DNA of 64,000 nt from Candidatus Omnitrophota bacterium (GTDB taxonomy: Bacteria > Omnitrophota > Omnitrophia > Omnitrophales > Aquincolibacteriaceae). Below are positions 42,201 to 54,406 of this stretch, in pieces. Position 1 is the first letter of the stretch. Every line of letters begins with the position of its first letter. The notes under the pieces are model-generated. The model saw only the letters and a program-made list of their open reading frames with translations, ran no database searches and had not been told where the DNA came from. The stretch covers positions 167,430 to 231,429 of the forward strand of contig CAIOAT010000013.1 of assembly GCA_903856085.1 (NCBI GenBank). The letters run 5' to 3'. Made by a program: the position numbers and the translations under genes.

Positions 42201-43277
42201 CCCGCACTGATGGAGCTTAAGCTCGGGACCGATGACAATGACAGAACGACCGGAATAGTCTACGCGTTTCCCGAGCAGGTTCTGGCGGAAACGACCTTGC
42301 TTCCCCTTCAGCATGTCGCTAAGGGACTTGAGCGGCCGATTGCCGGCACCGAGCACCGGACGACCATGACGACCGTTATCAAAAAGCGCGTCCACCGCTT
42401 CTTGAAGCATGCGCTTTTCGTTGCGAATAATGACATCGGGAGCTTTGAGCTCAAGAAGCTTACGCAAACGGTTGTTACGATTAATGACGCGTCGATAAAG
42501 ATCGTTCAAATCGCTTGTCGCAAAACGTCCTCCATCCAAAGCGACAAGAGGACGAAGATCGGGCGGAATAACAGGAACCACCTTCATGATCATCCATTCC
42601 GGGCGATTGCCGGATTTGTAGAATGCTTCCACGATCTTGAGGATCTTGACGGCACGCGCGCGAGACTGCTTGGACTTGGCGGCCTTGAGCTGGCGGTGAT
42701 ATTTTGCCGTCAGTTTATCAAGCTCCAATTCCGACAAAAGCGTCTGGACGGCCTCAGCTCCCATTTGGGCAACGAAATTCTCGGGGCCGTATTGTTCCTG
42801 GGCTTTCAGGTATTCGTCTTCCGTCAAAAGCTGGCGCGGCTTGAGCGGCGTCTGCTTCGGATCGAGAACAATATATTCTTCATAATAGAGAACCTTTTCA
42901 AGAGCGCGGACGCTCAGATCGAGAAGATTCCCGATGCGTGACGGCATGGTCTTGAAAAACCAAATGTGCGAAACCGGCGTCACGAGATCGATATGCCCCA
43001 TCCGCTCGCGCCGAACGCGAGCCTGGGTCACTTCCACGCCGCAACGATCGCAAACAATCCCTTTGTGCTTGATGCGCTTGTACTTCCCGCAGGCACATTC
43101 GTAATCTTTGGTGGGACCAAAAATACGCTCGCAGAAGAGTCCGTCTTTTTCCGGCTTGAGCGTCCGGTAATTGATCGTCTCGGGTTTTTTGACCTCGCCC
43201 CGCGACCACTTGCGAATGGATTCTGGGGACGCGATGCGGATTGAAACAGAATCAAAAGTATTCACGCTGTAGTTCAT
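39228..43277 (-). CDS. rpoC: RNA polymerase beta' subunit
   Basis: Zn ribbon, [28 protein letters not shown]. Confidence 0.99.
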   Translation of the reverse strand: MNYSVNTFDSVSIRIASPESIRKWSRGEVKKPETINYRTLKPEKDGLFCERIFGPTKDYECACGKYKRIKHKGIVCDRCGVEVTQARVRRERMGHIDLVTPVSHIWFFKTMPSRIGNLLDLSVRALEKVLYYEEYIVLDPKQTPLKPRQLLTEDEYLKAQEQYGPENFVAQMGAEAVQTLLSELELDKLTAKYHRQLKAAKSKQSRARAVKILKIVEAFYKSGNRPEWMIMKVVPVIPPDLRPLVALDGGRFATSDLNDLYRRVINRNNRLRKLLELKAPDVIIRNEKRMLQEAVDALFDNGRHGRPVLGAGNRPLKSLSDMLKGKQGRFRQNLLGKRVDYSGRSVIVIGPELKLHQCGLPKKMALELFEPFIIRKLKERGHVHTIRSAKKMVERVKPEVWDILEEVIKEHPVMLNRAPTLHRLGIQAFEPMLIEGNAIRIHPLVCTAFNADFDGDQMAVHVPLSMEAVMEARILMLSANNIFSPASGQPIMTPTQDIVLGIYYLTKVRDKVLGEGLAFSDTQEAILAYQDNQIHKHAKCKLRLASGEIVETTMGRIIFNDVLPKGFRHVNDIVNKGKLSKIIAECYNTFGHEEVVKLLDRLKALGFAEATKAGLSIGIDDIQIPDAKEGILNEARKEVKAIESQYKQGLITDGERYNKVIDIWTHTTDRVSDVMFEALDAFNPIFMMADSGARGSKQQIRQLAGMRGLMAKPSGEIIESPITANFREGLTVLEYFISTHGARKGLADTALKTADSGYLTRRLVDVAQDVIINIDDCGTLNGIVMEPVYEGEEVIVSLYDRILGRVALDNVVDVITDQVIVKSGDLIDEAIVKKIEEAGIEKIRVRSVLCCESPKGICARCYGRDLATRRLVEQGTAVGIIAAQSIGEPGTQLTMRTFHIGGTASRVVEQSYYRARNEGVLQSHNLKTVVTKTNETVVLNRNGQLSLHDPTGRELERYTIPTGAFIHFKDGEKVKKGEIFVKWDPYTVPILTEVSGKVRFEDIKAGVTMNEELDATTGMTERVIIEHKEDMHPQLLLVGEKDEILAFYPIPTGAHIVVKDGQSITGGTLLAKTPRKVAKTRDITGGLPRVAELFEARKPKNPAVISEIDGVVEIGAIVKGQRQIIVKSSTGMAKEYLIPHGKHLNVYKGDRVLAGQQLVDGPVVLQDILRVSGERSLQQYLVEEVQEVYRLQGVRLNDKHVEAIVRQMLRKVRIEDSGDTEFLVGSHVEKLRFAEENAKMIKKGKEPAKGTSILLGITKASLTTDSFISAASFQETTRVLTEAASAGKRDYLQGLKENVIMGHLIPAGTGFKIHHDIELEKDLTDVLPDPEAGKKEKAAEEASASKENS

Positions 43278-44683
43278 ACTTTGAGTTTCTCCCTGGCTTC
43301 TTCCTGTTTTTCTTCCGCGGATTTTTCCTTGGTTTCGGAGTGCGGCAATTTACCGCCTGCCGTGCGTTCGGGATCGATATCGAGCCCAAGAGCCTGAAGC
43401 TCCTTCACGAGAACGTTGAAAGATTCCGGAGTGCCGGCGTGGAGCGCGGGCTCGCCTTTGACGATGGCTTCATAGACACGCGTTCTGCCAACCACGTCGT
43501 CCGACTTCACCGTGAGAAGCTCCTGAAGCGTGAAAGCCGCGCCATACGCTTCAAGCGCCCACACTTCCATCTCTCCAAAACGCTGTCCGCCGAACTGCGC
43601 CTTACCGCCAAGCGGCTGCTGAGTCACAAGGGAGTAGGGCCCGATCGAACGAGCGTGAATCTTGTCATCTGCAAGATGCGCAAGCTTCAACATGTAAATG
43701 TAACCAACCGTAATTTTTTCATCAAACTTGTCGCCGGTACGGCCGTCATAAAGCGAGATCTTCCCGTCACCGGGAATCTTCGCTTCTTTCATAACCTGCC
43801 GAATCTCTGCTTCCGTGGCGCCGCTGAATACCGGCGTTTCTACATGAAAACCGAGCGTTTTGGCCGCCCAACCCAAATGGGTCTCAAGGATCTGACCAAC
43901 GTTCATACGAGATGGCACGCCGAGCGGGTTCAAGATGATCTCCACCGGAGTTCCATCCGCAAGGAACGGCATATCCTCTTCCGGAAGAACTTTGGCAATA
44001 ACACCCTTGTTTCCGTGACGACCGGCCATTTTGTCACCGACCGAGATCTTGCGTTTTGAGCAAACATACACCACGACTTTTTTGATGACTCCAGGAGGAA
44101 GCTCATCGCCTTTTCTCACACGATCGGTCTCGCGAGTCCGTTCGGCCACGAGCTCATCGATCTCGTCACCCCAAACGCGGGCGATCTTTTTGATATTTTC
44201 CTCAAGGTCCGGATCTTCATCGATGCGTAGCGAATCCCAATCGCAGCCATCCAGCTTCTTGAGATCGCCTTTGGTGATCACATGCCCACTCTTCATAAGC
44301 ACTTCACCTAAAACATCATCAAGAAGGTCTTCGGAAAGCTTTCTTCCAATCACCATGTCCGAAACCTTGTGGAGGCGCTCGCGCTTCAAAAGATCGATGC
44401 GATCGTTGTAGCGCTCCTTGATCTCATTGATATCCTTATTTTCCTGACGCCGCTCTTCTTTGGTCTTGGCGGCAGACTCTTTGCGGGCGAACACCTTCAC
44501 GTCCACCACGACACCTTCCACACCCGGAGGCACGGAGAGAGACGCGTCGCGCACATCGCCGGCTTTTTCGCCGAAAATCGCGCGGAGAAGTTTTTCTTCG
44601 GGAGATAGCTCGATCTCGGATTTCGGGGTGATCTTCCCGACCAGAATGTCGCCGGGTTTCACTTCCGCACCAATACGAATCAC
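43274..44683 (-). CDS. rpoB: RNA polymerase beta subunit, C-terminal part (after frameshift)
   Basis: [37 protein letters not shown]. Confidence 0.93.
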   Translation of the reverse strand: MIRIGAEVKPGDILVGKITPKSEIELSPEEKLLRAIFGEKAGDVRDASLSVPPGVEGVVVDVKVFARKESAAKTKEERRQENKDINEIKERYNDRIDLLKRERLHKVSDMVIGRKLSEDLLDDVLGEVLMKSGHVITKGDLKKLDGCDWDSLRIDEDPDLEENIKKIARVWGDEIDELVAERTRETDRVRKGDELPPGVIKKVVVYVCSKRKISVGDKMAGRHGNKGVIAKVLPEEDMPFLADGTPVEIILNPLGVPSRMNVGQILETHLGWAAKTLGFHVETPVFSGATEAEIRQVMKEAKIPGDGKISLYDGRTGDKFDEKITVGYIYMLKLAHLADDKIHARSIGPYSLVTQQPLGGKAQFGGQRFGEMEVWALEAYGAAFTLQELLTVKSDDVVGRTRVYEAIVKGEPALHAGTPESFNVLVKELQALGLDIDPERTAGGKLPHSETKEKSAEEKQEEAREKLKV

Positions 44684-47067
44684 GCCTTCTTATCGAGATC
44701 CTTCAAAGCTTCTTCGCTCACGTTCGGGATATCGCAAGTGATTTCTTCGTTACCAAGCTTTGTGTCCCGCGCTTCAATCTCGAACTCTTCGATGTGAAGT
44801 GATGTGTAAACGTCTTCCTTGCAAAATTTTTCACTGACGATGATAGCGTCTTCAAAGTTGTAGCCGCGCCACGGCATGAACGCCACGAGCACGTTACGCC
44901 CGAGCGCAAGCTCACCACCCTGCGTCGCCGCACCGTCCGCAATAATATCCCCGCGCTTCACCTTATCGCCAATTTCGACGAGGGGTCTCTGGTTAATGCA
45001 AGTACCGGCGTTGGACCGCTTGAATTTGCGAAGCTTGTAAACAAAGTCATCGATAACGATCTCTTCGGAAGAGACCGCTTTCACGGTCCCGCGGGATTTG
45101 GCTTGGACGATCGCCCCGGAATCCTTCGCCACATGGCGCTCCATCCCGGTTCCTACGAAAGGAGCTTCGGGAATAAGAAGAGGCACAGCCTGGCGTTGCA
45201 TGTTCGAACCCATAAGAGCACGATTGGCGTCGTCATGCTCCAAGAACGGAATCAAAGCCGCCGCCACACTCACAAGCTGACGGGGCGACACATCCATATA
45301 ATCAATTTCTTCGGGTTTCTTTTTAGGAAAATCCCCGCGAGCACGACACGAAACCGCGTCCGACGTAAAATGGCCGCTTTTATCAAGCAGCGCATTCGCC
45401 TGCGCGATCACATATTTGTCCTCTTCATCCGCCGTAAGATAATCGATCTGGTCGGTCACGCGGCCCTTCACGACCTTGCGATACGGACTCTCAAGGAAAC
45501 CGATATCGTTGACGCGGGCAAAGGTACTCAAAGACGAGATCAAACCGATGTTCGGACCTTCCGGCGTTTCGATCGGACAAACACGCCCGTAATGCGACGG
45601 ATGAACGTCGCGGACTTCAAAACCCGCACGCTCTCTTGAAAGCCCCCCGGGACCAAGCGCGGAAAGACGACGCTTGTGCGTCAGCTCCGCCAAAGGATTC
45701 GTTTGATCCATAAACTGTGACAGCTGGCTACGTCCGAAGAAATCCTTGATCGCTGCGGAAATAAGCTTGGGATTGATCAGGTTGTGCGGCATCGCAGCTT
45801 CAAGATCATAAATGGACATGCGCTCCACGCAGGAACGTTTCATGCGCGCGAGACCAACCCGGAACTGATTCTGCAAAAGCTCGCCTACCGAACGCACGCG
45901 GCGATTGCCGAGATGGTCAATATCATCCACGCTCACTTCACCGGAGCGAAGTTTGAGCAATTTTCCGATCACCTTCATCACATCGTCAGGACGGAGCGTC
46001 GTATTCTTCGTGTCTGCGGCGCTCGTGCTGAGCCCTAATTTCTTGTTGAGCATGAAACGGCCTACATGCCCGAGGTCATAACGCTGAGGATCAAAGAAAA
46101 GTTTCTGAATGAGATCTTTGGCGCTCGCTTCTGTCGGCGGATCGCCCGGACGAACCCGGCGGTAAATCGCAAGCTGTGCGTCCTGCGAATTGCGGTAAGG
46201 ATCTCTTTCGAGGGTGTTGATAAGGGAGTGATCTTCCTTGGGAAGCTTCACTATTGAAAAAGATGTTACATCGTTGGAGAGAAAAGTCGCGAGCACTTCT
46301 TTGGTCAGCTTGGATGCAGCCGCCGCGATCAATTCTTTGCTTGCCGGATGAAAAACGTCTTCAGCAAGAGCTTCATTCTCACAATCCTTGATCTTGGACT
46401 TGTCGAATCCGCGGATCTTTTCGACAGGGTAAAGCTCTTTGCAGATATCGTAAGTCGAAGAATAGCCCAACGCTCTCAAGAGAGCAGTCGCGAGGATCTT
46501 GCGGCGACGATCAATATAAGCATAAAGAACGTCGTTGGCATCGGACTCAAACTCAAGCCATGCGCCGCGGTACGGAATGATGCGAACGCTGTACATTTTT
46601 TTGCCGCTCGGGTGGAGGCTTTCCTCAAGCGACATGCCCGGAGAACGATGCAACTGACTTACAATGACGCGCTCGGCGCCATTGATGATAAAGGTGCCCG
46701 TCTCAGTCATGAGCGGGAGTTCCCCGATATAAACTTCCTGCTCTTTGGCGATGCCTTTGCGAACCAGACGGAGCTTGACCTTGAGCGGCGCGGCATAGGT
46801 CATGCCCCGCTTCTGACACTCCGGAATGGAATACTTGGGTTTGCCAAGAGAATAGCCTTGATACTCAAGCCTACAAGTCCCGTCAAAACTTTCGACCGGA
46901 AAGCAATCCGCGAACGCCGCTTCAAGCCCCTGGCTTTTACGCCGGCGATTGGAACGGCCACTCTGCAAGAATTCCTCGTATGACTTGATCTGGATCTCCA
47001 CCAAATTCGGCAGATCCATCGTATCTTGGATCTTCGTGAAACTTCTTCTCTTGATCAAAGGCATCAT
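44680..47067 (-). CDS. rpoB: RNA polymerase beta subunit, N-terminal part (before frameshift)
   Basis: FIINGAERV, rifampicin region [31 protein letters not shown]; ends [11 protein letters not shown]. Confidence 0.93.
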   Translation of the reverse strand: MMPLIKRRSFTKIQDTMDLPNLVEIQIKSYEEFLQSGRSNRRRKSQGLEAAFADCFPVESFDGTCRLEYQGYSLGKPKYSIPECQKRGMTYAAPLKVKLRLVRKGIAKEQEVYIGELPLMTETGTFIINGAERVIVSQLHRSPGMSLEESLHPSGKKMYSVRIIPYRGAWLEFESDANDVLYAYIDRRRKILATALLRALGYSSTYDICKELYPVEKIRGFDKSKIKDCENEALAEDVFHPASKELIAAAASKLTKEVLATFLSNDVTSFSIVKLPKEDHSLINTLERDPYRNSQDAQLAIYRRVRPGDPPTEASAKDLIQKLFFDPQRYDLGHVGRFMLNKKLGLSTSAADTKNTTLRPDDVMKVIGKLLKLRSGEVSVDDIDHLGNRRVRSVGELLQNQFRVGLARMKRSCVERMSIYDLEAAMPHNLINPKLISAAIKDFFGRSQLSQFMDQTNPLAELTHKRRLSALGPGGLSRERAGFEVRDVHPSHYGRVCPIETPEGPNIGLISSLSTFARVNDIGFLESPYRKVVKGRVTDQIDYLTADEEDKYVIAQANALLDKSGHFTSDAVSCRARGDFPKKKPEEIDYMDVSPRQLVSVAAALIPFLEHDDANRALMGSNMQRQAVPLLIPEAPFVGTGMERHVAKDSGAIVQAKSRGTVKAVSSEEIVIDDFVYKLRKFKRSNAGTCINQRPLVEIGDKVKRGDIIADGAATQGGELALGRNVLVAFMPWRGYNFEDAIIVSEKFCKEDVYTSLHIEEFEIEARDTKLGNEEITCDIPNVSEEALKDLDKKA

Positions 47068-47123
47068 TATGAATTGTCCTCCTTAAGGACAGCGTTCCTG
47101 ATTCGCCTACGGCTACCGGGACC

Positions 47124-47537
47124 TTACTTGATCTCGACCTTTGCTCCCTGAGCTTCCAGGACTTTCTTAATCTTCTCAGCTTCTTCTTTATTCACGTCTT
47201 CCTTGATGGTCTTCGGAGCACCTTCGACCAGGTCCTTGGCTTCTTTAAGCCCGAGACTCGTGACCGTACGGATCTCTTTGATCACGTTGATCTTTTTGTC
47301 GCCCGCACTGGTAAGAACGACCGTGAAGCTGGTCTTCTCATCCGCTGCAGCCGCACCACCCGCCGCCGCGCCGCCTGCCGCTGCGATCGCCACAGGAGCC
47401 GCTGCCGCCGCGCTCACGCCGAACTTCACTTCAAGCGCCTTGACGAGCTCTGCGAGTTCCAACACCGTCAAAGTCTCGATCGAGGTGAGGATGTTTTGCA
47501 ATTTTTCGGAAAGTTTTACTTCGGTTGCTTCTGTCAT
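47124..47537 (-). CDS. rplL: 50S ribosomal protein L7/L12
   Basis: Ala/Gly hinge, [18 protein letters not shown]. Confidence 0.98.
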   Translation of the reverse strand: MTEATEVKLSEKLQNILTSIETLTVLELAELVKALEVKFGVSAAAAAPVAIAAAGGAAAGGAAAADEKTSFTVVLTSAGDKKINVIKEIRTVTSLGLKEAKDLVEGAPKTIKEDVNKEEAEKIKKVLEAQGAKVEIK

Positions 47538-47596
47538 GGCTGATGCCTCCTTGATTGAATTTCCCTTATCAGGACATTCGTTTTGTTCTGGCGTTC

Positions 47597-48130
47597 TTAA
47601 GACGCAGCGCCAGCGGCTGCTTTTTTCTTACGGACCTCTTCCAAAGCGACCACGAGATTGCGCGTGAGAGCTCCGAGGACGTTCGCAAAACCCTGAATCG
47701 GAGAGTTCATGCGCAGCACCAACTGCGTCAGAAGCTCTTTACGCGACGGGAGTTTCGCAAGCTGTTTGACGAAATCCTCGCCGTAGACCTGACCTTCAAA
47801 AATCACCCCGGCGGGTTTCCACTTTTCATTCGTCTTGGAAAAATCGACAAGCCTTTTCGAGATCTCTTGCGGGTCTTTGTCCCCGAACGTGATAACCACG
47901 GAACCGCTCAAGTACTTCTCAGCACCGGCCACGTTGAACTGAGCAAAGATCTTGCGGGCCATCGCGTGCTTGACCATCAGCGAACGTCCGGAAGCGGATT
48001 CCAAACTCCGCCGCGCCACCGAAATATCAAGAACCGAGATCCCATTCAAGTTGGAGATAAAAGCGTAAGGACTCTTTTCGAATTCCTTGACGATCTCCTG
48101 ATACATCAATTTTTTTTCAAAAGAAGGCAT
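47597..48130 (-). CDS. rplJ: 50S ribosomal protein L10
   Basis: [10 protein letters not shown]; located between rplA and rplL. Confidence 0.95.
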   Translation of the reverse strand: MPSFEKKLMYQEIVKEFEKSPYAFISNLNGISVLDISVARRSLESASGRSLMVKHAMARKIFAQFNVAGAEKYLSGSVVITFGDKDPQEISKRLVDFSKTNEKWKPAGVIFEGQVYGEDFVKQLAKLPSRKELLTQLVLRMNSPIQGFANVLGALTRNLVVALEEVRKKKAAAGAAS

Positions 48131-48132
48131 GA

Positions 48133-48819
48133 CTAGAGCGCTCCCGTATTGAGCTTGAGACCAGGGCCATGAGTCGTCGCGATATGGATCGTTTTGAAAT
48201 ATTCACCCTTGCTCGTCGCGGGCTTGGAATCCTTCACAGCTTTGATCACGGTCCGCGCATTTTCTAACAGCGCTTCCTCGGCAAAAGACAATTTTCCGCA
48301 CACCGCATGCAACCCTGCGGTCTTATCGCTCTTGAATTCAATGCGCCCAGCCTTAACTTCTTTGACCGCGCGACCGACCTGCGGCGTCACGGTACCGGTC
48401 TTCGGCGTCGGCATGAGCCCCTTAGGACCGAGCACTCGACCCAGCTTGCTCACTTCACGCATCATATCGGGATGAGACACCACCACGTCAAAATCAAGAA
48501 AACCATTCTTTACTTTTTCCACAAGCTCTTCGGCCCCGACGAAATCCGCCCCGGCGGTCTCGGCGTCCCGGGCACTCTCACCTTTGGCAAAACAAAGCAC
48601 GCGAAGGGATCTGCCGCTACCATGCGGCAAACTGACGGTGCCACGGACGTTCTCATCGCCTTGTTCCGCGCGAACACCGAGCTGAAAACTAAGCGAAATC
48701 GTTTCATCCGTCTTGCTTTTTTCGACTTTTTTGAGGATCTTAACAGCCTCAGTCAGGGAATATAACTTCCCTTCTTCCACCAGAGTTGCTCTTTTTTGAT
48801 ACCGCTTGCTGCGTTTCAT
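48133..48819 (-). CDS. rplA: 50S ribosomal protein L1
   Basis: [22 protein letters not shown]. Confidence 0.98.
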   Translation of the reverse strand: MKRSKRYQKRATLVEEGKLYSLTEAVKILKKVEKSKTDETISLSFQLGVRAEQGDENVRGTVSLPHGSGRSLRVLCFAKGESARDAETAGADFVGAEELVEKVKNGFLDFDVVVSHPDMMREVSKLGRVLGPKGLMPTPKTGTVTPQVGRAVKEVKAGRIEFKSDKTAGLHAVCGKLSFAEEALLENARTVIKAVKDSKPATSKGEYFKTIHIATTHGPGLKLNTGAL

Positions 48820-48833
48820 CGTTTATCCTGTTC

Positions 48834-49265
48834 TTACTTTGATTTCACGACTTCGATACCCATGCTGCGGGCCGCGCCTTCCACAATCCGGCAAGCGCTT
48901 TCGATCTTCGTCGTATTAAGGTCTACCATTTTTTTACGTGCGATTTCGATAACCTGATCACGGGTGATCTTACCAATGATCACGCGCCCGGGCTCCGAAG
49001 AAGCCTTCGCAAGACCCACAGCCTTCTTGATCTCAGCCGCCACCGGCGGGGACTTAAGAATGAACGTGAAAGACTTATCTTTATAAACGGATAACACCAC
49101 CGGCAAGATCGTCCCCGGACGGTCTTTGGTGCGCTCGTTGAATTGCTTGCAGAATTCCATGATGTTGACGCCATGCTGACCGAGCGCGGGACCGATCGGC
49201 GGCGCAGGATTTGCTTGGCCACCCGGGATCTGCAATTTAATTTTTGTTTTAATCTCTTTTGCCAT
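48834..49265 (-). CDS. rplK: 50S ribosomal protein L11
   Basis: [23 protein letters not shown]. Confidence 0.99.
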   Translation of the reverse strand: MAKEIKTKIKLQIPGGQANPAPPIGPALGQHGVNIMEFCKQFNERTKDRPGTILPVVLSVYKDKSFTFILKSPPVAAEIKKAVGLAKASSEPGRVIIGKITRDQVIEIARKKMVDLNTTKIESACRIVEGAARSMGIEVVKSK

Positions 49266-49267
49266 TT

Positions 49268-49801
49268 TTAGATCTTTTCTACTTGCCAGTATTCGAGCTC
49301 AACAGGCGTCGGTCGACCGAAGATCGTCACCAACACGCGCATTTTGCCGCGATCCGGATTGATTTGTTCAATAGTGCCGTTAAAATTTGCAAAAGAGCCC
49401 TCTTTAACACGGACGCTTTCGCCTTCTTCAAACTCTACTTTCGGCTTCGGTTTTGTCTGCTTTTCTTCTTGCTCGCGGATGATGGCGTTAACTTCTTTTT
49501 CCGTGAGCGGGATGGGATTTTTCCCCGATCCGATAAACCCCGAGATCCCCGGCGTGTTACGGACCAGGTACCAGCTTTCATCGGTCAACTCCATCTTGAC
49601 CAGAATGTAGCCGGGGAAAAACTTCCTCTCGCTAATCCTTTTCTTGCCGCCCTTGACTTCACTGACCTTTTCTAGCGGGATCAGCACTTCATGGATCAAG
49701 TGCGGAAGCCCCGCGGTCTCCGCGTGACTGATCAAGCTGGCACGAGCTTTAGTCTCGACACCTGTCTGCGTATGGACTACATACCACTTTGCGTCGGCCA
49801 T
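49268..49801 (-). CDS. nusG: transcription factor NusG
   Basis: [16 protein letters not shown] domain, [10 protein letters not shown]. Confidence 0.98.
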   Translation of the reverse strand: MADAKWYVVHTQTGVETKARASLISHAETAGLPHLIHEVLIPLEKVSEVKGGKKRISERKFFPGYILVKMELTDESWYLVRNTPGISGFIGSGKNPIPLTEKEVNAIIREQEEKQTKPKPKVEFEEGESVRVKEGSFANFNGTIEQINPDRGKMRVLVTIFGRPTPVELEYWQVEKI

Positions 49802-49805
49802 AACT

Positions 49806-49988
49806 TTAACTGATCAACATCCGGAGGAAATTCGAGATACAAAAATCCACAGCCGCGATAAACGCCGAAGCGCAGAAAGTCACGACAATGACCACAGCTG
49901 CCGCTTGCCACAACTCATTCCAAGTCGGCCAAGTCACTTTCTTGAGCTCTTGCTGCGTTTCCCTGAAAAAATTCGCTGCTTTCTGCAC
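49806..49988 (-). CDS. secE: preprotein translocase SecE
   Basis: ELKKVTWPT plus one TM helix; located between tRNA-Trp and nusG. Confidence 0.96.
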   Translation of the reverse strand: MQKAANFFRETQQELKKVTWPTWNELWQAAAVVIVVTFCASAFIAAVDFCISNFLRMLIS

Positions 49989-50040
49989 TAGAACATCCTC
50001 GCGTTATTTCGAGTCCGTAACATACCGCCCGTATTTAAAA

Positions 50041-50114
50041 CAGGCCTGGCAGGACTCGAACCTGCAACATGCGGTTTTGGAGACCGCCGCTCTACCAATT
50101 GGAGCTACAGGCCT
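50041..50114 (-). tRNA. tRNA-Trp (CCA); 3' CCA not encoded
   Basis: AGGCCTG acceptor stem, GCGGT-CTCCAAA-ACCGC anticodon arm, GTTCGA T-loop. Confidence 0.97.
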
Positions 50115-50139
50115 AAATCCCGTTTGGCTCCGAAAAATA

Positions 50140-50289
50140 TTATTTCTTTTCCCGAAAAACAATGCGCTTGCGGCAAGCGGGGCAATATTTTTTCCGCTCG
50201 ATCTTGTCCGGATTTTTCTTCTTGTTTTTCCGCGTCCAGTAGGTCGATTTGTGATCGCAGGTCGAAACCAGAGAAATAATCTCACGCAT
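50140..50289 (-). CDS. rpmG: 50S ribosomal protein L33
   Basis: Manual translation MREIISLVSTCDHKSTYWTRKNKKKNPDKIERKKYCPACRKRIVFREKK; tuf-rpmG-trpT-secE order. Confidence 0.95.
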   Translation of the reverse strand: MREIISLVSTCDHKSTYWTRKNKKKNPDKIERKKYCPACRKRIVFREKK

Positions 50290-50315
50290 TGAAATAAAAC
50301 CTTTTCCTTTGTCTT

Positions 50316-50343
50316 AAAAAAACCGCGGAAAAAACACGGCTTT
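50316..50343 (-). terminator. intrinsic terminator-like hairpin after tuf
   Basis: AAAGCCGTG-loop-CGCGG followed by a T7 run on the minus strand. Confidence 0.55.
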
Positions 50344-50447
50344 CAAATAATGATTTCGGCTTGTAAGACCTCTTACGGCGAAAATAAACGCCTTACAGCC
50401 AGCAGGGCTTCGCCAAAAAATGCTAGGATTTGTGGCCGAACGAGATG

Positions 50448-51647
<1,200 letters not shown>

Positions 51648-51686
51648 ATAAGTTCTCCCTTATTGAGGTTTGTTTTTCGCATCCTA

Positions 51687-51759
51687 AGCTGGAGATGGGA
51701 ATTGAACCCATGACCTCATCCTTACCAAGGATGTGCTCTACCAACTGAGCTACTCCAGC
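51687..51759 (-). tRNA. tRNA-Thr (GGT); 3' CCA not encoded
   Basis: GCTGGAG acceptor stem, CATCC-TTGGTAA-GGATG anticodon arm, GTTCAA T-loop. Confidence 0.97.
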
Positions 51760-51902
51760 GCTTGACCCTGCTCAGCGCTTTCGATCGCTCGACATTCCTA
51801 CCACAGCAAAAATAAAAAGCCTTTTTTCTTCGAAAAAAAATCTCTCGTTTGAAGACAAAAATCACCTTAAGCGGAGACAGCTCTCCCGAGGAAAGAGTGG
51901 AC

Positions 51903-51930
51903 ATTCTATTGAAAAAGAAAATCGTGTCAA
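51903..51930 (-). promoter_or_regulatory. sigma70-type promoter for tRNA-Thr-tuf and the superoperon
   Basis: TTGACA-N16-TAGAAT with an A/T-rich UP-like tract upstream. Confidence 0.65.
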
Positions 51931-52064
51931 GCTTTTTTAAAAAATCTTTTGTATTTATTTCTTGAAGCCTCTAAATCCTAAAACATCACTCACAACATTT
52001 AAGAGCAAGCAACCCGTGTTTTTAGAACTAGCTATAACTCGTTTTTCCGTATGGAGTTATGTGG

Positions 52065-52823
52065 CTAATTAGCCGTGTTACCATTCAAAGCAGCCATGAC
52101 CTGGCTTAAAAGACCGCTCTTTTTTGCTCCGGAAGAAACTAATCGCCCCTGAAATGTTTTGAGTTGCGCTTCAAGATAACCCAAACCCATTTTCTTTAAA
52201 ACTTCTCCGACCACGATTGCAGTCACATCCTGGGTTCCGCGAATATTGTAGTAGGTCGCACCCTGGATTCCGGCCCGGTAATGATTTTGTTTCAAAGAAG
52301 GACCGCTCGTATCCAAATAGCTGATATCCCCTATGGAAAAAATAAGCTCGTCGATTATTACTTCGGGTGCATATTTTTTAATCTGCCCCTGAACAGCCTC
52401 ACGCGAAGACGAAGATCGCTCTTCATTACTTTTCTGTAGCGGCTTCAGCTCAAGAAGATTCAGACCCTTTTGCGGAACATTCATGACCTGCAACTCCCGA
52501 AGAACGATGCCAACAGTCTTGAGCTTCAAAACACCCTGGGGAATTCCGAGAAGATCCACTGAAACGAGCACAAGCGGGATATTCGCCAAAGTCCCCCTTG
52601 GAAAACTGTAGGGATTCCCGATCTCAAGACCCCGCACTTCAAAGCCGGTGTTCTTCCAGTCCATTTTCACACTCTGGATCGAAACATCCGCACCTAGTTG
52701 ATGACTCAAGGTAAAGGTGAGGGCTTGCCGAATCACCCAAGTATGGAAAATGACTATAAAAATAACAAGGAAGAATGCCAGACGTATCAGGCCGAAGACA
52801 AGCTTAAAAAGCCCTTTGATCAT
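52065..52823 (-). CDS. membrane-anchored AsmA-like protein
   Basis: N-terminal TM anchor, then beta-rich LGADVSIQSV and GLEIGNPYSF, which resemble AsmA N-terminal regions; AAGGAG SD. Confidence 0.55.
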   Translation of the reverse strand: MIKGLFKLVFGLIRLAFFLVIFIVIFHTWVIRQALTFTLSHQLGADVSIQSVKMDWKNTGFEVRGLEIGNPYSFPRGTLANIPLVLVSVDLLGIPQGVLKLKTVGIVLRELQVMNVPQKGLNLLELKPLQKSNEERSSSSREAVQGQIKKYAPEVIIDELIFSIGDISYLDTSGPSLKQNHYRAGIQGATYYNIRGTQDVTAIVVGEVLKKMGLGYLEAQLKTFQGRLVSSGAKKSGLLSQVMAALNGNTAN

Positions 52824-53048
52824 AATGCTCCTTTTTCGTTCGCGAGGACTTCCACTTTATCGACATCTCGTACGAAAATCCAGAATATTATTTTAAAGCT
52901 GCGGAATGCACGTTCGCGGTTCCCCGAGAAACGTTTCCCTGCGCTGTTTACCTTGACAATGAAAGAAGCTTTGCCAGATAATATCGGCCGTTCAAATTCA
53001 TGTGTCAAAACAGCATTGCAAGCAGGGTGTGGACCCACCCCGAAGCCC

Positions 53049-53294
53049 TTGGATACCATCAAGAAAGACCTTCAGAAGCTTTTTGGGATGCTCGGATTGG
53101 CTTTGACCCTGCCCATGGTTCTTTTGAGCGGACCTTTCGCGGGTTATCTCATCAGCCAATGGTTGATTGGAAAATGGGGCTGGACTCCGAGCACCACCCT
53201 GGCGCTAGTACTTCTGGGACTCGTCGGCTCGGTCATCCAGACCGTGCGGATCTTGCGGCTTCTATATAAGGGGAGTGAGAACAAAGACTTATGA
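53049..53294 (+). CDS. AtpZ/AtpI-family small membrane protein
   Basis: Two TM helices with GYLISQW at the head of the atp operon; stop overlaps the atpB start. The TTG start at 53049 is a guess. Confidence 0.7.
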   Translation: MDTIKKDLQKLFGMLGLALTLPMVLLSGPFAGYLISQWLIGKWGWTPSTTLALVLLGLVGSVIQTVRILRLLYKGSENKDL

Positions 53295-54151
53295 GTGTGA
53301 CTGAACAGCATGTAACAGCCGCCGTGCAAGCCGTTGCACAAGTCCAGGAACAGGCCGCCGAAGAGCTCCCGAACCTGATCACGATCCTGGAGCATTTTTT
53401 CCCAAAATCACACTTTGTCCATTTTTTGTTCTCTTGGGAAAATCTGGTTTTTTCATTTTTGGTTCTGGGGTTCATTACCTTCCGGGCGATCAGCGCCGCA
53501 AGGAAAAATGAATTTCTTCCCAAAGGTCTTCAGAACCGCTGGGAACTCGTCATGGAAGGTCTCGCCGAATTCGTCACAAGCATTCTCGGACCTCGAGGCA
53601 TGGAACATGTCCCCTTCCTGGGAACAATGTTCCTTTATATTCTCCTTCAGAATTGGCTCGGCCTGATCCCTCTGATGAAATCACCGACCAGCGCGTGGAG
53701 CACCACGATCGCTCTGGCGCTCATCACCACGGTCTACATCCAATGGGTCGGCATTAAAGAACATGGCTTTTTCAATTACCTAAAACATCTCGCCGGGAAT
53801 CCTATCGGCATTCTGGGAGTTGCGCTCATTCCGCTTATGCTTGTGATCAATTTGAGCATTGAGTTTTTCGCGGTGCCTTTGAGCCTCTCACTTCGTCTTT
53901 TTGCCAATGTCTCAAGCGAGGACAAACTGCTTTACAAGTTCGCCGAACTCAATGCGATGTACCACTGGCTGCCGTTCTTTTTCCAGCTCTTCGCCAACGT
54001 CCTTGTTATCCTCTTTAGTTTCATTCAAGCTTTTGTTTTCCTTTTGCTCTCAACCGTGTATATTTCACTGATCCTGCCGCATGAACATGACGAGGACCAT
54101 AACGCGGCGAGCGAAAAATCACCAAGCCCTATTCATTCACCCTCAACGTAA
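53291..54151 (+). CDS. atpB: ATP synthase F0 subunit a
   Basis: PKGLQN, PLSLSLRLFAN (essential Arg), IQAFVF. Confidence 0.96.
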   Translation: MSVTEQHVTAAVQAVAQVQEQAAEELPNLITILEHFFPKSHFVHFLFSWENLVFSFLVLGFITFRAISAARKNEFLPKGLQNRWELVMEGLAEFVTSILGPRGMEHVPFLGTMFLYILLQNWLGLIPLMKSPTSAWSTTIALALITTVYIQWVGIKEHGFFNYLKHLAGNPIGILGVALIPLMLVINLSIEFFAVPLSLSLRLFANVSSEDKLLYKFAELNAMYHWLPFFFQLFANVLVILFSFIQAFVFLLLSTVYISLILPHEHDEDHNAASEKSPSPIHSPST

Positions 54152-54162
54152 GGAGAATCACC

Positions 54163-54393
54163 ATGGATTCACACGTCGCATTAGGTTTCGCACTTCCGAT
54201 CGGACTCGCCATCACGGCGTTTGGCTCCGCGCTTGGCCTCGGTAAAGCCGTCGCCTCCGCCATGGATGCCACGGGCCGCCAACCTGAAGCTTCTCAGAAG
54301 ATCCTGGTCAACATGATGGCCGGTTGCGCGCTCATCGAAGCGTTGACGCTTTATGTCCTGATCTTCGGCTTCGTCTTGATGGGAAAGATCTAG
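54163..54393 (+). CDS. atpE: ATP synthase F0 subunit c (probably H+-type)
   Basis: RQPE loop and ALIEAL; lacks the Q...ES/T Na+ signature. Confidence 0.97.
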   Translation: MDSHVALGFALPIGLAITAFGSALGLGKAVASAMDATGRQPEASQKILVNMMAGCALIEALTLYVLIFGFVLMGKI

Positions 54394-54406
54394 AAAAGAA
54401 ACGTTT

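Noticed and set aside
40446-42941. 520-aa and 309-aa plus-strand ORFs
   Set aside because: They are antisense shadows of rpoC.
50004-50285. 93-aa ORF over the tRNA-Trp/rpmG region
   Set aside because: It overlaps a tRNA and the real L33 frame, so it is spurious.
51931-52064. AT-rich gap near the strand switch as a possible oriC or island boundary
   Set aside because: No DnaA boxes, att repeat or integrase; it is consistent with a promoter UP region.
52698-53048. N-terminal ~117 aa of the 198-aa ORF before atpB
   Set aside because: It overlaps the divergent gene and the promoter region; only the C-terminal ~80 aa look like AtpZ/AtpI.
54163-54393. Possible Na+-translocating or N-type ATPase
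   Set aside because: Subunit c lacks the Q...ES/T signature, and the gene order with delta present is standard F-type.
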